Of a DNA stretch of 64,000 nt, positions 34,087-44,285 are shown one piece after another. The position numbers and the translations under genes are program-made. Where the stretch lies: NCBI GenBank assembly GCA_963733195.1, contig CAVTCR010000062.1:32001-96000 (forward strand), given 5' to 3'. The notes beneath the pieces are model-generated. The model was given only the letters and a program-made list of their open reading frames with translations. It was not told the DNA's origin and searched no databases. Numbering within the stretch: position 1 is the first letter of the stretch; the number at the start of each line of letters is the position of its first letter. The stretch comes from an uncultured delta proteobacterium (lineage in GTDB: Bacteria > Desulfobacterota > Binatia > Bin18).

Positions 34087-36002
34087 ATGCGACAGAAGTT
34101 ATACGATTATCTCCTTGAGCGGCCTGGAGGAGCAACGTCGAGCGAGCTGCTCGGGTTGCTCTTCTCTTCGGGTTTGAAAGTCCAGTCCACACTCTCCACC
34201 ACCAACGAGTTTGCGGGACGCTTTCTGCATTCCTCTTTAGGAGCTGATCCACATTTTTCCTACGATCCTACGAGCGACCGTTGGTACATTGCTGTTCATG
34301 CCGCTTTACAACAGCCGTTGCAGCAAGCACAGTTTGTCGTCGTTGATCTCGAAACGACGGGATTGAAACCTGGAAAAGCAGCAATCACTGAGGTTGCCGC
34401 GGTACAGATCAGTAACGGCGAGCTTAGTGAGGAATTCCATACTTTAGTAAACCCAGGGCACCATGTTCCGACAATGATTACGCGTTTGACTGGTATCACG
34501 GACGACATGCTTCAGAACCAACCGCGGATCGATGCTATTTTTCCCCAGCTGCATAGTTTCCTCAGTTCTTCTGTCATCGTCGCTCATAACGTTGACTTTG
34601 ATGTCAGTTTTCTCAACTTCGACGCGCAGCGACTGCTCTCGACACCACTGCTTAATCCTTCACTCTGCACCGTACGGCTCGCGCGACGGCTCTTGCCAGG
34701 TTTACGTTCTCGTGCCCTTGACGCGGTCGCCAGTCATCTTGGAGTTTCCAGCGTCAACCGTCACCGTGCGTTAGGTGATGCACGAATCACAGCTGAAGTG
34801 TTGCTGATACTTTTGGAGAAACTCGCCGCCCACGGTGTTACTACGGTAGGCCAGCTTCTTGATTTTCAATATAACGCTCGCGATGGTCGACGCTTTGAAT
34901 TTGCAGTCCCCCGCCCTACCCTTGTTCATTTACCAGATACTCCTGGTGTCTATCGCATGCTTGATGCTGAAGGTCGTTTGCTCTACATCGGCAAAGCAAA
35001 AAATTTGCGTCGTCGGGTGAGTTCTTATTTTACGAATTCGTCGGGACATAGTGATAAAGTTCTCGACTTGGTTCGTAACGTACGCGAGGTCACATATGAC
35101 GAGACCGGCTCAGAACTCGAAGCTGCACTCCGTGAAGCTGAGTTAATCTACACACTCAAGCCACCATATAATCGACTCTCGAAACATCTTCCACGCGTCG
35201 CTTTTCTCAAACTCAACGTTAATAATTCTTACCCACGCCTTGGTCTCTCGGCAAAACCTGGAAGTGATCGTGCAGTATACATTGGCCCGTTTCGTAGTCG
35301 CGATTTCGCTGAGAAAGCCCAACGTCTCCTTGCTCGACTGTTTAACCTGCGGACATGCCACGGCAATTTAGTCCCAGCTCCAGAAGTCACTCCTTGTTTA
35401 ATCGGCCAGGTTGGTTCGTGCTCGGCTCCGTGCGCCACGCGTATTTCACTCGAAAAAATTACCAGGTCCAGGTTACAGCCTTCTTACAGTTTCTGAATGG
35501 TGAAAGTTCCCAGCTCCGCGAATCACTTGTGGAAAAGCGTGACAATTTAGCTGCCGAGCTACGCTTTGAAGGTGCTGCACGTATCCAGCAAGACCTACAA
35601 CTGCTCGACCAAATTCAACGCGTTCACCAGCGCTTTCACTGGATCGTCACTCGCGCACACGCGTTCTTGCTGCTGCCCAGCCGCGAACCAGGCGCAGCGC
35701 AAGCCTATCTTGTGCTCAATGGTCGTCTGATCGGCAGTGGCCTGGTACGCTCGCGTGATGAGTTATTGCCGTTCATCACCCTTTGCCGTGACCGCTTCGC
35801 TATTGACCAGGATCGACCGCTACGACCAGAAGAAATTGATGCCAGTGTTATCCTTGCTTCCTGGTTACGCGATTCTGACCATGTGCAGGGAGCAGTATTT
35901 CCTATCGATGGCCCATCAGCACTAAGTGACCGTCTTGAGGAAATCACAGTCGCGCTCCAAGATTCTCAGCGAGTAGAACCACTCTCATCCTTTTCTCCAT
36001 AA
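34087..36002 (+). CDS. DEDDh (DnaQ-like) exonuclease fused to a GIY-YIG/UvrC-like (Cho-type) nuclease (frameshift near 35455)
   Basis: VVDLETTG, AHNVDFD, HRALGDA; PGVY..LLYIGKAKNLRRRVSSYF; Cys cluster; UVR-like LRFEGAARIQ. Confidence 0.88.
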
Positions 36003-36069
36003 CGCATTCTGTAGAGTTCGTTTCAGGCTCTTGCGGCTCCACAGCTTGGCTCGTATAGTTTTGCGCATT

Positions 36070-37746
36070 ATGACAATGCTTTCAGTCGCTGCGCAATTGC
36101 GCATGTTGTTACGCCGTCCCGGACCGGCGTTGGTACTCGGGGCCCATGATGCATTATCCGCCAAACTCGCCGAAGAAGCCGGGTTCGATGCTATCTGGGC
36201 GAGCGGATTCGGCATCTCTGCGGTCAATGCCCTCCCCGATGCCAACATTCTCACCATGAGTGAGACACTTGAGGCGGTACAGCGTATGTCCGAAGCCGTG
36301 CGCATTCCGGTCATCGCTGACTGTGACAATGGCTTTGGCAATGCCATCAACGTCATGCGTACGGTAGCGCAGTACGAACGCGCTGGGGTCGCTGGACTTT
36401 GTATCGAAGATAACATCTTTCCGAAGCGCTGCAGTTTCTATGCTGGAGTGCGACGAGAACTCGTTCCGACTGAAGAACATGCACGCAAAATTCAAGCGGC
36501 TAAAGCTGCGCAACAGAATCCCGATTTCGTGGTGATTGCTCGAACTGAGGCGTTCATTGCCGGTTGGGGAACGCAGGAAGCTTTGACTCGCGCCCGAGCA
36601 TACGCTGAAGCTGGAGCTGATGCGGTTCTTGTCCATTCGAAATCTTCCACCTTCGACGAATTGAAAGATTTTACAGACGCGTGGGAGGGGGCTTGTCCTT
36701 TGGTCGCTGTCCCAACAACCTATGCTGGCATCACTGCTAATGATCTCGCCGCCGCCGGGTTTAAGCTCGTGATCTTTGCTAATCAGGCGTTGCGTTCGGC
36801 GGTCAAAGCAATGCGGGAGTCACTCGCTGTTCTTAAACGTGAAGCCCGACCAGCCGCAGTTGATAGCCGGATTGCCACCCTACCTGAAATCTACGAGCTT
36901 GTCGGTGTTCCTGAGTTGCAGACCAATGAGAAGAAATTTCTCCTTCCAGGTGGGCACGATGTCACAGCTGTCATAATCGCCGCTGGATTTGAAGAGAACC
37001 TGCTGCCTTTGATCGAAGATCGGCCAAAGGCGATGTTGGAAATTAAAGGCAAGACAATTCTAGAGCGACAGATCCAAGCGCTCAACGAATGCGGCGTAAA
37101 AGATGTCGCAGTGGTGCGTGGCTACCGCAAAGAAAAAATCAATCTTCCTAACGTTCGCTATTACGACAACGATCGTTTCCGCGACACGGGCGAACTGGTG
37201 TCGCTGTTTCTCGCCGAGCGCGAAATGTCTGGTCGTTTCCTTTTTCTCTACTCCGACATCATTTTCGATCCAGCGATTCTCGAAAAGCTATTGAAGTCAG
37301 AGGCCGACATCAGCGTTGTGGTTGATCGGGCCTGGGGAGATCATCCGCATTCTCAAGAAGAGCTGCGGTCTAGAAAACCAGACCTTGTGGTTACCCATCA
37401 ACCGCCAAAGAAAGACTACCGTTTCTTACCGACGGCAGAAGGCACTACACTTGCTCGGGTCGGTCGGACCCTCAACGCTGACGAAACTGATGGTGAATTT
37501 GTCGGTCTCGCCATGTTTTCAGAAGAAGGCGCGCAATTGCTTCGCACGGTGCATCGTCAATCCCACCAACGTTTTCAAGCCCGGAAATTTCACGAAGCAG
37601 AGTCGTTAGAGCACGCTGCGTTTACCGACATTTTGCAAGAGATCATTGATTGCGGCGGGAAAGTCGCGTGCGTTGACATTTATAAAGGCTGGTTAGAGAT
37701 CGACACCTTTGAAGACTACCGCCGTGCCTGGGCGAAGGTGAAATAG
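36070..37746 (+). CDS. PEP mutase/phosphonopyruvate hydrolase-like (ICL superfamily) domain fused to a phosphocholine/phosphonate cytidylyltransferase-like NTP transferase
   Basis: GFDAIWASG, PDANIL, DCDNGFG, IEDNIFPKRCSF, ARTEA, VHSK, VPTTY; C-terminal IIAAG..L......PKAML, YSDIIF, WLEIDT.EDY. Confidence 0.85.
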   Translation: MTMLSVAAQLRMLLRRPGPALVLGAHDALSAKLAEEAGFDAIWASGFGISAVNALPDANILTMSETLEAVQRMSEAVRIPVIADCDNGFGNAINVMRTVAQYERAGVAGLCIEDNIFPKRCSFYAGVRRELVPTEEHARKIQAAKAAQQNPDFVVIARTEAFIAGWGTQEALTRARAYAEAGADAVLVHSKSSTFDELKDFTDAWEGACPLVAVPTTYAGITANDLAAAGFKLVIFANQALRSAVKAMRESLAVLKREARPAAVDSRIATLPEIYELVGVPELQTNEKKFLLPGGHDVTAVIIAAGFEENLLPLIEDRPKAMLEIKGKTILERQIQALNECGVKDVAVVRGYRKEKINLPNVRYYDNDRFRDTGELVSLFLAEREMSGRFLFLYSDIIFDPAILEKLLKSEADISVVVDRAWGDHPHSQEELRSRKPDLVVTHQPPKKDYRFLPTAEGTTLARVGRTLNADETDGEFVGLAMFSEEGAQLLRTVHRQSHQRFQARKFHEAESLEHAAFTDILQEIIDCGGKVACVDIYKGWLEIDTFEDYRRAWAKVK

Positions 37747-37927
37747 GAACGTGAAACGTAATGCGTGATGCGTGAAAAGTAAGAAGTCATGAATAAAGAA
37801 TTCAGGAGTCAGAATGCAGCAGGCAGCATGGAGGCCAGAGCAGCGAGAGAGAAAGTAATGTTCTATTTTGTATTCTATCTCTGGGCCTCTGCATTCTTGT
37901 TACGCTTTACGTTTGACGATTTACGGT
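37747..37927. repeat. Nested 7-nt periodic inverted repeats
   Basis: Outer cgtgaaacgtaatgcgtgatgcgtgaa / ttacgctttacgtttgacgatttacg; inner cagaatgcag..aggccagag / ctctgggcctctgcattc. Confidence 0.75.
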
Positions 37928-37952
37928 TTCTCTCTTCCATAAGGATCTAGAA

Positions 37953-38918
37953 ATGAATCTCGAACATATCGACCAATTGCTCAAAAGCGAATACGCCTTT
38001 TTCTTACGTGAAAAAAAAGACTGGAGTTTAATCGCTGGTCCGCAAGATCTTGAGTTAGTCGCTCACGCACTACGTGTGTTACTCCACGCGAGGACGACGC
38101 CGGATTTCTTGCCTGACTACCTGGCCCTTGTCGATTGTCAGAATAAAGATAACGGCTGGAGCCCATTCTCTGCCGACGAGGAAAGCACAGTGTGGGTCTC
38201 GGCGTTCTGTGGTCTGATGTTGATTCGCGGCAACCGGCTCCTCAGAAACGACCGCATTACCAAGTCCGTGCATCGTGCCATTGATTATTTCCTGGACACG
38301 CAAAAAGGCGATGGTCATTGGGTTGACCCTCATTGGGCAGACCTCGATACAACGAGTCACCCTGTGAGTTTTTTTAATGTCGTTTTGGGCTTACATGAAC
38401 CCTATCGCCGTGCTGACGTGCTCCGCTCGTGGGAACGCGGAGGCCGCTTTATCATCGACAATCAAAGCTCCGATGGTGGATGGTACGATGCTGACTTCCA
38501 TCCTTCTGGTGTCGAGATTACCGCGCACCTGATACAGGATGCTGTAGTTGCAGATCTCGTGATTGATCGTCGTCTCAGTGGAGCGTATGAATCCTGCGCA
38601 AAAGGTGCAGCAAAGTTATACGAGTGGCAAGCACAGGACGGTTCGTGGGATGGTGAGAATGTCGATCACACCATGGACTGCACCCGCTCTCTCATGGTCG
38701 TGACTCGTATTCTCAACGACAGCCGGGCAGAAGAAGTGATCATACGCGGCCTCCGATGGATTCTCACCAATAAGAATGAGAGCGGCTGGGGTGATTTCCC
38801 GGGTGAGGAAACCAACCTCGAACGTACCTGTGACGGACTGGATACATTGCTGAAGTATAAAGCTTATCGTAGCAACAACCCTCAGGATGTGGTGCGGTTG
38901 TGGGGGTACATCCAATAA
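37953..38918 (+). CDS. Prenyltransferase/squalene-cyclase (QW-repeat) alpha-barrel protein
   Basis: QW-type motifs QNKDNGW, QKGDGHW, QSSDGGW, QAQDGSW, NESGWG; DLDTT motif. Confidence 0.8.
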   Translation: MNLEHIDQLLKSEYAFFLREKKDWSLIAGPQDLELVAHALRVLLHARTTPDFLPDYLALVDCQNKDNGWSPFSADEESTVWVSAFCGLMLIRGNRLLRNDRITKSVHRAIDYFLDTQKGDGHWVDPHWADLDTTSHPVSFFNVVLGLHEPYRRADVLRSWERGGRFIIDNQSSDGGWYDADFHPSGVEITAHLIQDAVVADLVIDRRLSGAYESCAKGAAKLYEWQAQDGSWDGENVDHTMDCTRSLMVVTRILNDSRAEEVIIRGLRWILTNKNESGWGDFPGEETNLERTCDGLDTLLKYKAYRSNNPQDVVRLWGYIQ

Positions 38919-39084
38919 TGATGAATGTAGAATGCAAAATGATGAATAGGAGAACAAATACTCAGAAGGCCGAGTATGCTAGGAAAGAAAACATTCCTCC
39001 CTTCTTGACTATTGCCTATTCTGAACCTCCTAATTGTTATACTCGTTTCCCCGTTCATCATTCATCATTCATTATTCATTATTT
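38917..39084. repeat. 7-nt periodic inverted repeat (GATGAAT / TTCATCA)
   Basis: tgatgaatgtagaatgcaaaatgatgaat ... ttcatcattcatcattcattattcattatt. Confidence 0.8.
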
Positions 39085-39092
39085 CTAGGGTT

Positions 39093-39398
39093 ATGCCCGA
39101 ACAGTGGTTCGAAGCCTGCTCCGTCAAAGACTTGCCGCCTGGGGGCCGGAAGCTAGTCAAGCTGAACGGTATCGAGATTGCCCTTTTCAACATCGGCGGC
39201 ACAATATTCGCAATCAAAAACCGCTGCCCACATCGCAGTGGCCCGCTCATCCGTGGCTTCACGGACGACGCTGGTGGGATCAAGTGCCCAATGCACGGCT
39301 GGCGGTTCGACCTGCGGGACGGCAGTAGTGAACGCCCAGCCCAGGCAACCGTCTACCCGGTCAGGCTTGAAAATAATCTGCTGTACCTCCAGCTATAA
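39093..39398 (+). CDS. Rieske [2Fe-2S] ferredoxin (NirD-like)
   Basis: NRCPHRSGPL ... CPMHGWRFDL. Confidence 0.9.
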   Translation: MPEQWFEACSVKDLPPGGRKLVKLNGIEIALFNIGGTIFAIKNRCPHRSGPLIRGFTDDAGGIKCPMHGWRFDLRDGSSERPAQATVYPVRLENNLLYLQL

Positions 39399-39482
39399 CC
39401 TGCTATCCTTGTACTCTAGCTGTTGGCTGTGGAATAAAGTTTCACCAGACGGAGTTTGGGTAAGTAAGGGAGGGTCCCCAGG

Positions 39483-40019
39483 ATGCGTAACCGAGCATCA
39501 TTTGAACAGGAGGCACTTCCTCATATTGAAGCCTTGCTGCGAACTGCTGCTCGTATGAGCGGTGACCGCGCGCGAGCTGAAGATGCGGTGCAGGAAACGT
39601 ATCTACGTGCGTGGCGATCGTTTCGTACCTACCAGCCAGAAACGAATTGTCGCGCTTGGTTGTTCCGAATCCTCCTTAATGTCTTAAAGAAAACAGCGGG
39701 GAAAAAGCGGCATGACCCACTCGCTGAGGCAGAGGATGTTGAAACCGTCTCAGGGAAAGTTATCCCTTTATTCCCGGCTAGTGAAAACGGAAATCGTCAC
39801 GATCTTCTGGCAGCAATGAATCACTTGGCACCGGAGTTCCGTGACGTACTATGGCTCGTCATTGTAGAAGGGTTTGCATATAAAGAAACGGCTCAAATTC
39901 TCGATATCCCTATAGGGACGGTGATGTCGCGACTATTTCGGGCCCGACGTGAGTTACGCCGATTTTTGACCCCTGCAATCTCAAAAGGAAAAGAGAGGGC
40001 CTCTGGTCATGGACTGTAA
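39483..40019 (+). CDS. ECF RNA polymerase sigma factor
   Basis: AEDAVQETYLRAW, AWLFRI, YKETAQILDIPIGTVMSRLFRAR. Confidence 0.92.
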   Translation: MRNRASFEQEALPHIEALLRTAARMSGDRARAEDAVQETYLRAWRSFRTYQPETNCRAWLFRILLNVLKKTAGKKRHDPLAEAEDVETVSGKVIPLFPASENGNRHDLLAAMNHLAPEFRDVLWLVIVEGFAYKETAQILDIPIGTVMSRLFRARRELRRFLTPAISKGKERASGHGL

Positions 40020-40741
40020 AGATATTCAGAAGCTACTGAGCCCTTTTATTGATAACGAATTAGGCGCACAGGATTCGTTTGCCGTTGCCGAACACCTTGA
40101 GACTTGTCCTTCCTGCCTGCACGAGATGGAAGCAATGCGAGATCTTGATGAACAACTGAAGCAGGTCAGGACAGACGCCTATCGATAACACTGAGGAAAT
40201 ACGTGCCCGAATCCTAGAAAGTATTTCTCCCGTCACCTGGCTACGACGATGGCGCATGGCAGGAATCGCCGCCGCCGTGCTGTTTTCGATCGTTGCGGGT
40301 CGGCAGATCTTCTCGGCTCCTTCCGATCCTGAAACAACAGCGTTTAGTGAAGCGTTGATCACTGAAGTGCAGTTGAACAGCAACCAACCGTTCTCCCTTA
40401 CTTGGCTTGATCCCCACAGCTTGAAGGACGTGTTACGTCAAGAAGGACTAGAGGAAGTGCCCAACTTGGCACCAGCAGGGTTTCACCTTGAGGGAGCGCG
40501 CATTTGTAATCCACTCAGTCATTTATTTCTACAATTGGTGTATCGCAACCAGAATGAAGAGGTTTCACTATTTGTTTCTAAACGTTGGAACCGCCCGTTC
40601 TCAGGCATCGTCAAACGTGACGGGTTTACCATTGTTCCGCTCGGGATCCGGGCGGTCTATTTGGTAGCCAAGGAATCCCTAATCAACTTCGTTGATACAC
40701 ACGAACTGGCCAAAGAGGAGATTGACGCGCTGTCCACGTAA
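40009..40741 (+). CDS. zf-HC2 transmembrane anti-sigma factor (frameshift near 40170)
   Basis: MDCKDIQKLLSPFIDNEL...HLETCPSC (HxxxCxxC), TM helix, periplasmic GFHLEGARIC. Confidence 0.85.
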
Positions 40742-40749
40742 AGGATGCC

Positions 40750-41250
40750 TTAATGGCCCCATCGCACCTGAATGTAAAACCAGCCAGTATCACGCATTAC
40801 CCAGACACACCCTTGGTCCATATTCGGTGGAAGAGCAGTTACCACTTCTAACTCTTCCACTCGCGGCCATGCGCGTGGAGAGCTGTGCTGAATCCCTCGT
40901 GCGCAGTCCCGCCCATGTTCGGCCCCCCGGGCGAAATGCTGCCACAGCCCAATATGTTCGGTGATTTTTTCTTGCGGTACCTGATAGGAAACGAAATCCT
41001 CCTCGTAGGAACCGGTGAGCATCGGAGGTCGCGCGCTGATGCAGGTCAGCCCTTCAGCAGGAATCCAAGTTTCCGAATCACCAGGCAAGCATTCTCGTGC
41101 GGCTGCCCCAGAACGAGTTTTCTCACCGAAGACAAGAGGAAAGAGGGTGAGTCCTCCAACCAGCACCCCAAGCACAAGCACAAGATTACCATATTTATCA
41201 AGAAATCGATCAACTGAATCCCACATCCCAGCTCCTATACTCCACCCCAC
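40750..41250 (-). CDS. Hypothetical membrane-anchored protein
   Basis: 166-aa ORF with an N-terminal TM segment; no recognisable motif. Confidence 0.55.
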   Translation of the reverse strand: MGWSIGAGMWDSVDRFLDKYGNLVLVLGVLVGGLTLFPLVFGEKTRSGAAARECLPGDSETWIPAEGLTCISARPPMLTGSYEEDFVSYQVPQEKITEHIGLWQHFARGAEHGRDCARGIQHSSPRAWPRVEELEVVTALPPNMDQGCVWVMRDTGWFYIQVRWGH

Positions 41251-41518
41251 AGATTACCAGGCAAGTCCCTATGACACGGCAATCTTTCTATTCATAGGTA
41301 CTTCTTCTAGCCACATCTCGCAACAGATGACCGAGCCGGGCTGACATCTGACCAAAGGACGAGAACCCGTATAGGATGATATTTCTCCTGTTATTCCTGT
41401 CTTTACTGACCGTCAGAAGAAAGCGATGAGTTCCACCAATAGCACTTGCCTTAGCAAGTTTGTCTGCTACCCTGACCGCGCGTGAGATCGGAGGGGAGTA
41501 CCCGAGAGGGAGGGTATT

Positions 41519-42904
41519 ATGTCGCAATACGTCGAAAGCCCGGAAGCGGCACAAGTCGTCGAAAATCGCTCCCAATTGATTGACTACTTCTACCAGGCAG
41601 GAAAGCCACGCGAAGCGTGGCGGCTCGGTACTGAGTACGAGATGGTTGGCGTGTCTCGCCGGAGTGGCCGAGCTGCGCGCTATTCTAGTAAACGCGGGAT
41701 TGAACGCATCCTATTTCGTCTTGCGGATACCCTTGGCTGGGAACCAGTCGAAGAGGAAGGGCACGTCATCGCTCTGCATGGTGAACGCGCGAACATCTCC
41801 CTTGAGCCTGGAGCCCAATTGGAACTCTCCGGGGAACAGTGCGAAACGATCCATTGTGCTGACAAAGAGTTACTGAAACATTTCACACACCTCCTTCCGG
41901 CAGCAGAGGAACTCGATTTAGCGTTTCTCAATCTTGGGATGCAGCCGGTAAGTCCGCTCGATGACATCCAATGGATTCCGAAAACCCGCTACCGCTTTAT
42001 GGCTCCCTACATGGAACAGGTCGGTACCCTGGGCCATCGGATGATGAAACAAACGGCGTCTATCCAAGTCAATTTTGATTTCAGTACCGAAGCCGACGCG
42101 ATGATGAAATTCCGTGTTGGTATGGGACTAGTGCCGATCCTCACAGCCATGTTCGCCAACTCGCCGATCTCCGATGGCAGCCTCAACGGTTTTCTCACCA
42201 TGCGCGGCCATGTGTGGACCGACACCGATCGCCGTCGCAGTGGACTCCTGCCCTTTGCTTTTTCAGACCGTGCCAGCTTTGAGGACTATGCTGAATACGC
42301 ACTCAATGTTCCTATGTACTTCATTGTTCGTCATGGCCGCTGGATTGACATGACCGGCATTCGCTTCCGCCAGTTTCTCACAGAGGGGCACAATGGCGAG
42401 CGGGCAACCATGGAGGATTGGACCCAACACCTCACCACCCTTTTCCCCGAAGTCCGCATTAAGAAATACTTGGAAATCCGCTGTATCGACCAACAACCAG
42501 CCGAGTTGATGTTGGCAGTACCAGCCTTATGTAAAGGGATCTTCTACGAAAACGACTGTCTGTTAGCCGCGTGGGATTTGATCAAGAAGTGGGACTGGGA
42601 AGAGCGCGTCGAAGCCTACTTCGCTTCCCATCGGCAAGCGTTGGGGGCGCGAGTGCGCGGCATCACGTTGCTCGATTTCGCAAAAGAATTGCTCTCAATC
42701 GCCTGGACCGGCCTGGAGCGTCACAATCAGTGTAATGCGAAAGGCGAAAACGAAACAATCTATCTCGAACGGCTTCGAGAAGAACTCGCGAAGGGACAGT
42801 GTCCAGCCTATGGTGTCATTGAGAAATGGATGGGCGAGTGGAATTACGATGTCAAACGCTTAATTGAGGGTACGGCGTATCGATTGCCTGAAGAAGGCAG
42901 ATAA
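41519..42904 (+). CDS. gshA: Glutamate--cysteine ligase (plant/alphaproteobacterial type)
   Basis: WRLGTEYE, ISLEPGAQLELSG, IPKTRY, TASIQVNFD, FANSP, HLTTLFPEVR. Confidence 0.92.
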   Translation: MSQYVESPEAAQVVENRSQLIDYFYQAGKPREAWRLGTEYEMVGVSRRSGRAARYSSKRGIERILFRLADTLGWEPVEEEGHVIALHGERANISLEPGAQLELSGEQCETIHCADKELLKHFTHLLPAAEELDLAFLNLGMQPVSPLDDIQWIPKTRYRFMAPYMEQVGTLGHRMMKQTASIQVNFDFSTEADAMMKFRVGMGLVPILTAMFANSPISDGSLNGFLTMRGHVWTDTDRRRSGLLPFAFSDRASFEDYAEYALNVPMYFIVRHGRWIDMTGIRFRQFLTEGHNGERATMEDWTQHLTTLFPEVRIKKYLEIRCIDQQPAELMLAVPALCKGIFYENDCLLAAWDLIKKWDWEERVEAYFASHRQALGARVRGITLLDFAKELLSIAWTGLERHNQCNAKGENETIYLERLREELAKGQCPAYGVIEKWMGEWNYDVKRLIEGTAYRLPEEGR

Positions 42905-43045
42905 GTTTCAGCTTTCAGAAAACGGCTCCCCGGCAACAATACGATCAAGCAGCGTCGCGATCGTCGCGCATTCCAGACGAGCTGTTTCCTCTAAGTGCAT
43001 ACCAAAATATTGGCAACTCCGAGAATAGCGCGTTGCTCAGCCTGT

Positions 43046-43133
43046 ACCCTCACCCTATCCTCCTCCGACTACGCGAAGGACAAGCTCTCCCAATGGGAGA
43101 GGGCAGCAGGCGCGCAGCGCTGCGGGTGAGGGC
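43046..43133. repeat. Composite REP-like element (CCCCTCACCC...CTCTCCC..GGGAGAGGG...GGGTGAGGG) with a nested CGACTACGC insert
   Basis: cccctcaccctatcctc[ctccgactacgcgaaggacaag]ctctcccaatgggagaggg...gggtgaggg. Confidence 0.75.
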
Positions 43134-43155
43134 CAGAGCAAGTAACAACCTTTAG

Positions 43156-43647
43156 CCTGCCCTGCTAGCCTGGACGTATGGAGAAACGGGACAAGCTAAA
43201 GAGGGGCTGGCTCAACTGGCTGAGGCTTTAGCTCTCGTGAACAAAAATAGGGAGTGGAACTACGAGGCGGAGCTGTATCGGCTCAAGGGTGAACTCACGC
43301 TACAGCAGGTAAAGCAAAAAGCAAAAGGCAAAAAAGTGGTCAGTCGTCAGTTCTCAGTTGTCAGTTCCCAACGCCCAGAGCCCAATCCGAGGCCGAAGCA
43401 TGTTTTCACAAAGCCATCGAGATTGCCCGGCAAGCAGCAAGCCAAATCCCTCGAACTGCGGGCCGTGATGAGCCTGGTCCGTCTCCGACAACAGCAAGCG
43501 ACGCAGGATGGATCACGCACCACGCAACACGAAGCACGCATTAGGCTCGACGAAGCTCACCAGATGTTATCCGCAATCTACAACTGGTTCACCGAAGGAT
43601 TTGATACGAAAGATTTGCAAGAGGCGAAAGCGTTGTTGGAGGATTAG
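43156..43647 (+). pseudogene. Orphan C-terminal TPR fragment of a cyclase-STAND paralog
   Basis: ALLAWTYGETGQAKEGL...EAELYRLKGEL...[13 protein letters not shown]...[20 protein letters not shown]; no N-terminal domains upstream. Confidence 0.8.
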
Positions 43648-43723
43648 TTGAAGGATACTCTCAGGATTTACACACCCCTGTAAGACCGCTAAGACCTGAA
43701 GGAAGACCCGAGGAGCACCACAG

Positions 43724-44011
43724 ATGAAAACTATTAACAGTGTGAATTTGCGGAAAGACCTTGGGGGCGTCCTAACCGAAACAGAACACAGCGATGAGGG
43801 AGTTGTTATTACCCGCTCTGGAAAACCCGTTGCTATTCTGATCGGTATAGAGCGCTGGGAAGAGATCGAGTCGATCCTGGCGACCTGGGAACAACTGCAA
43901 GATCCGGACAACAAGAACAAACTGCGGGCTGCTAAGGCAGATCTGGCTGCGGGCCGGACTCTCTCCCATGAGGAGATTAGGGCTCGCTACCTTCATCGTC
44001 GTAGTGCCTGA
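43724..44011 (+). CDS. Phd/YefM family antitoxin
   Basis: VVITRSGKPVAILI; C-terminal ADLAAGRTLSHEEI. Confidence 0.88.
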   Translation: MKTINSVNLRKDLGGVLTETEHSDEGVVITRSGKPVAILIGIERWEEIESILATWEQLQDPDNKNKLRAAKADLAAGRTLSHEEIRARYLHRRSA

Positions 44012-44256
44012 TGCCTGACATTCTTTGGTCGCTCACGGCAGAGAGGGATCTCAGCAGGGTACCTGCCGCTATCCGCAAAGCTCTTATCACCAGAGTAGAA
44101 CTGTTACGAGAATACCCGCTCCTCGGGAAAGCTCTGCAGGGTGAATGGAGGGCTTTTCGGCAACTCGTTGTCTCCGGTTACGGTGTCGTGTACCAGTTAC
44201 TTCCCGAGAATCGTGGAATTTTCATCTCCTACGTTCGTTTTCCACGGTCGCGTTAA
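44011..44256 (+). CDS. RelE/ParE family toxin
   Basis: WSLTAERDL, L..YPLLGKALQG..RQLVVSGYGVVY; TGATG overlap with the antitoxin. Confidence 0.82.
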   Translation: MPDILWSLTAERDLSRVPAAIRKALITRVELLREYPLLGKALQGEWRAFRQLVVSGYGVVYQLLPENRGIFISYVRFPRSR

Positions 44257-44285
44257 GTCGCGCAATGCTCTAGGAGCGTGCATAA

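Noticed and set aside
42908-43000. 30-aa minus-strand ORF MHLEETARLECATIATLLDRIVAGEPFSES
   Set aside because: Too short, with no identifiable family; could be a gene remnant but cannot be supported without a search
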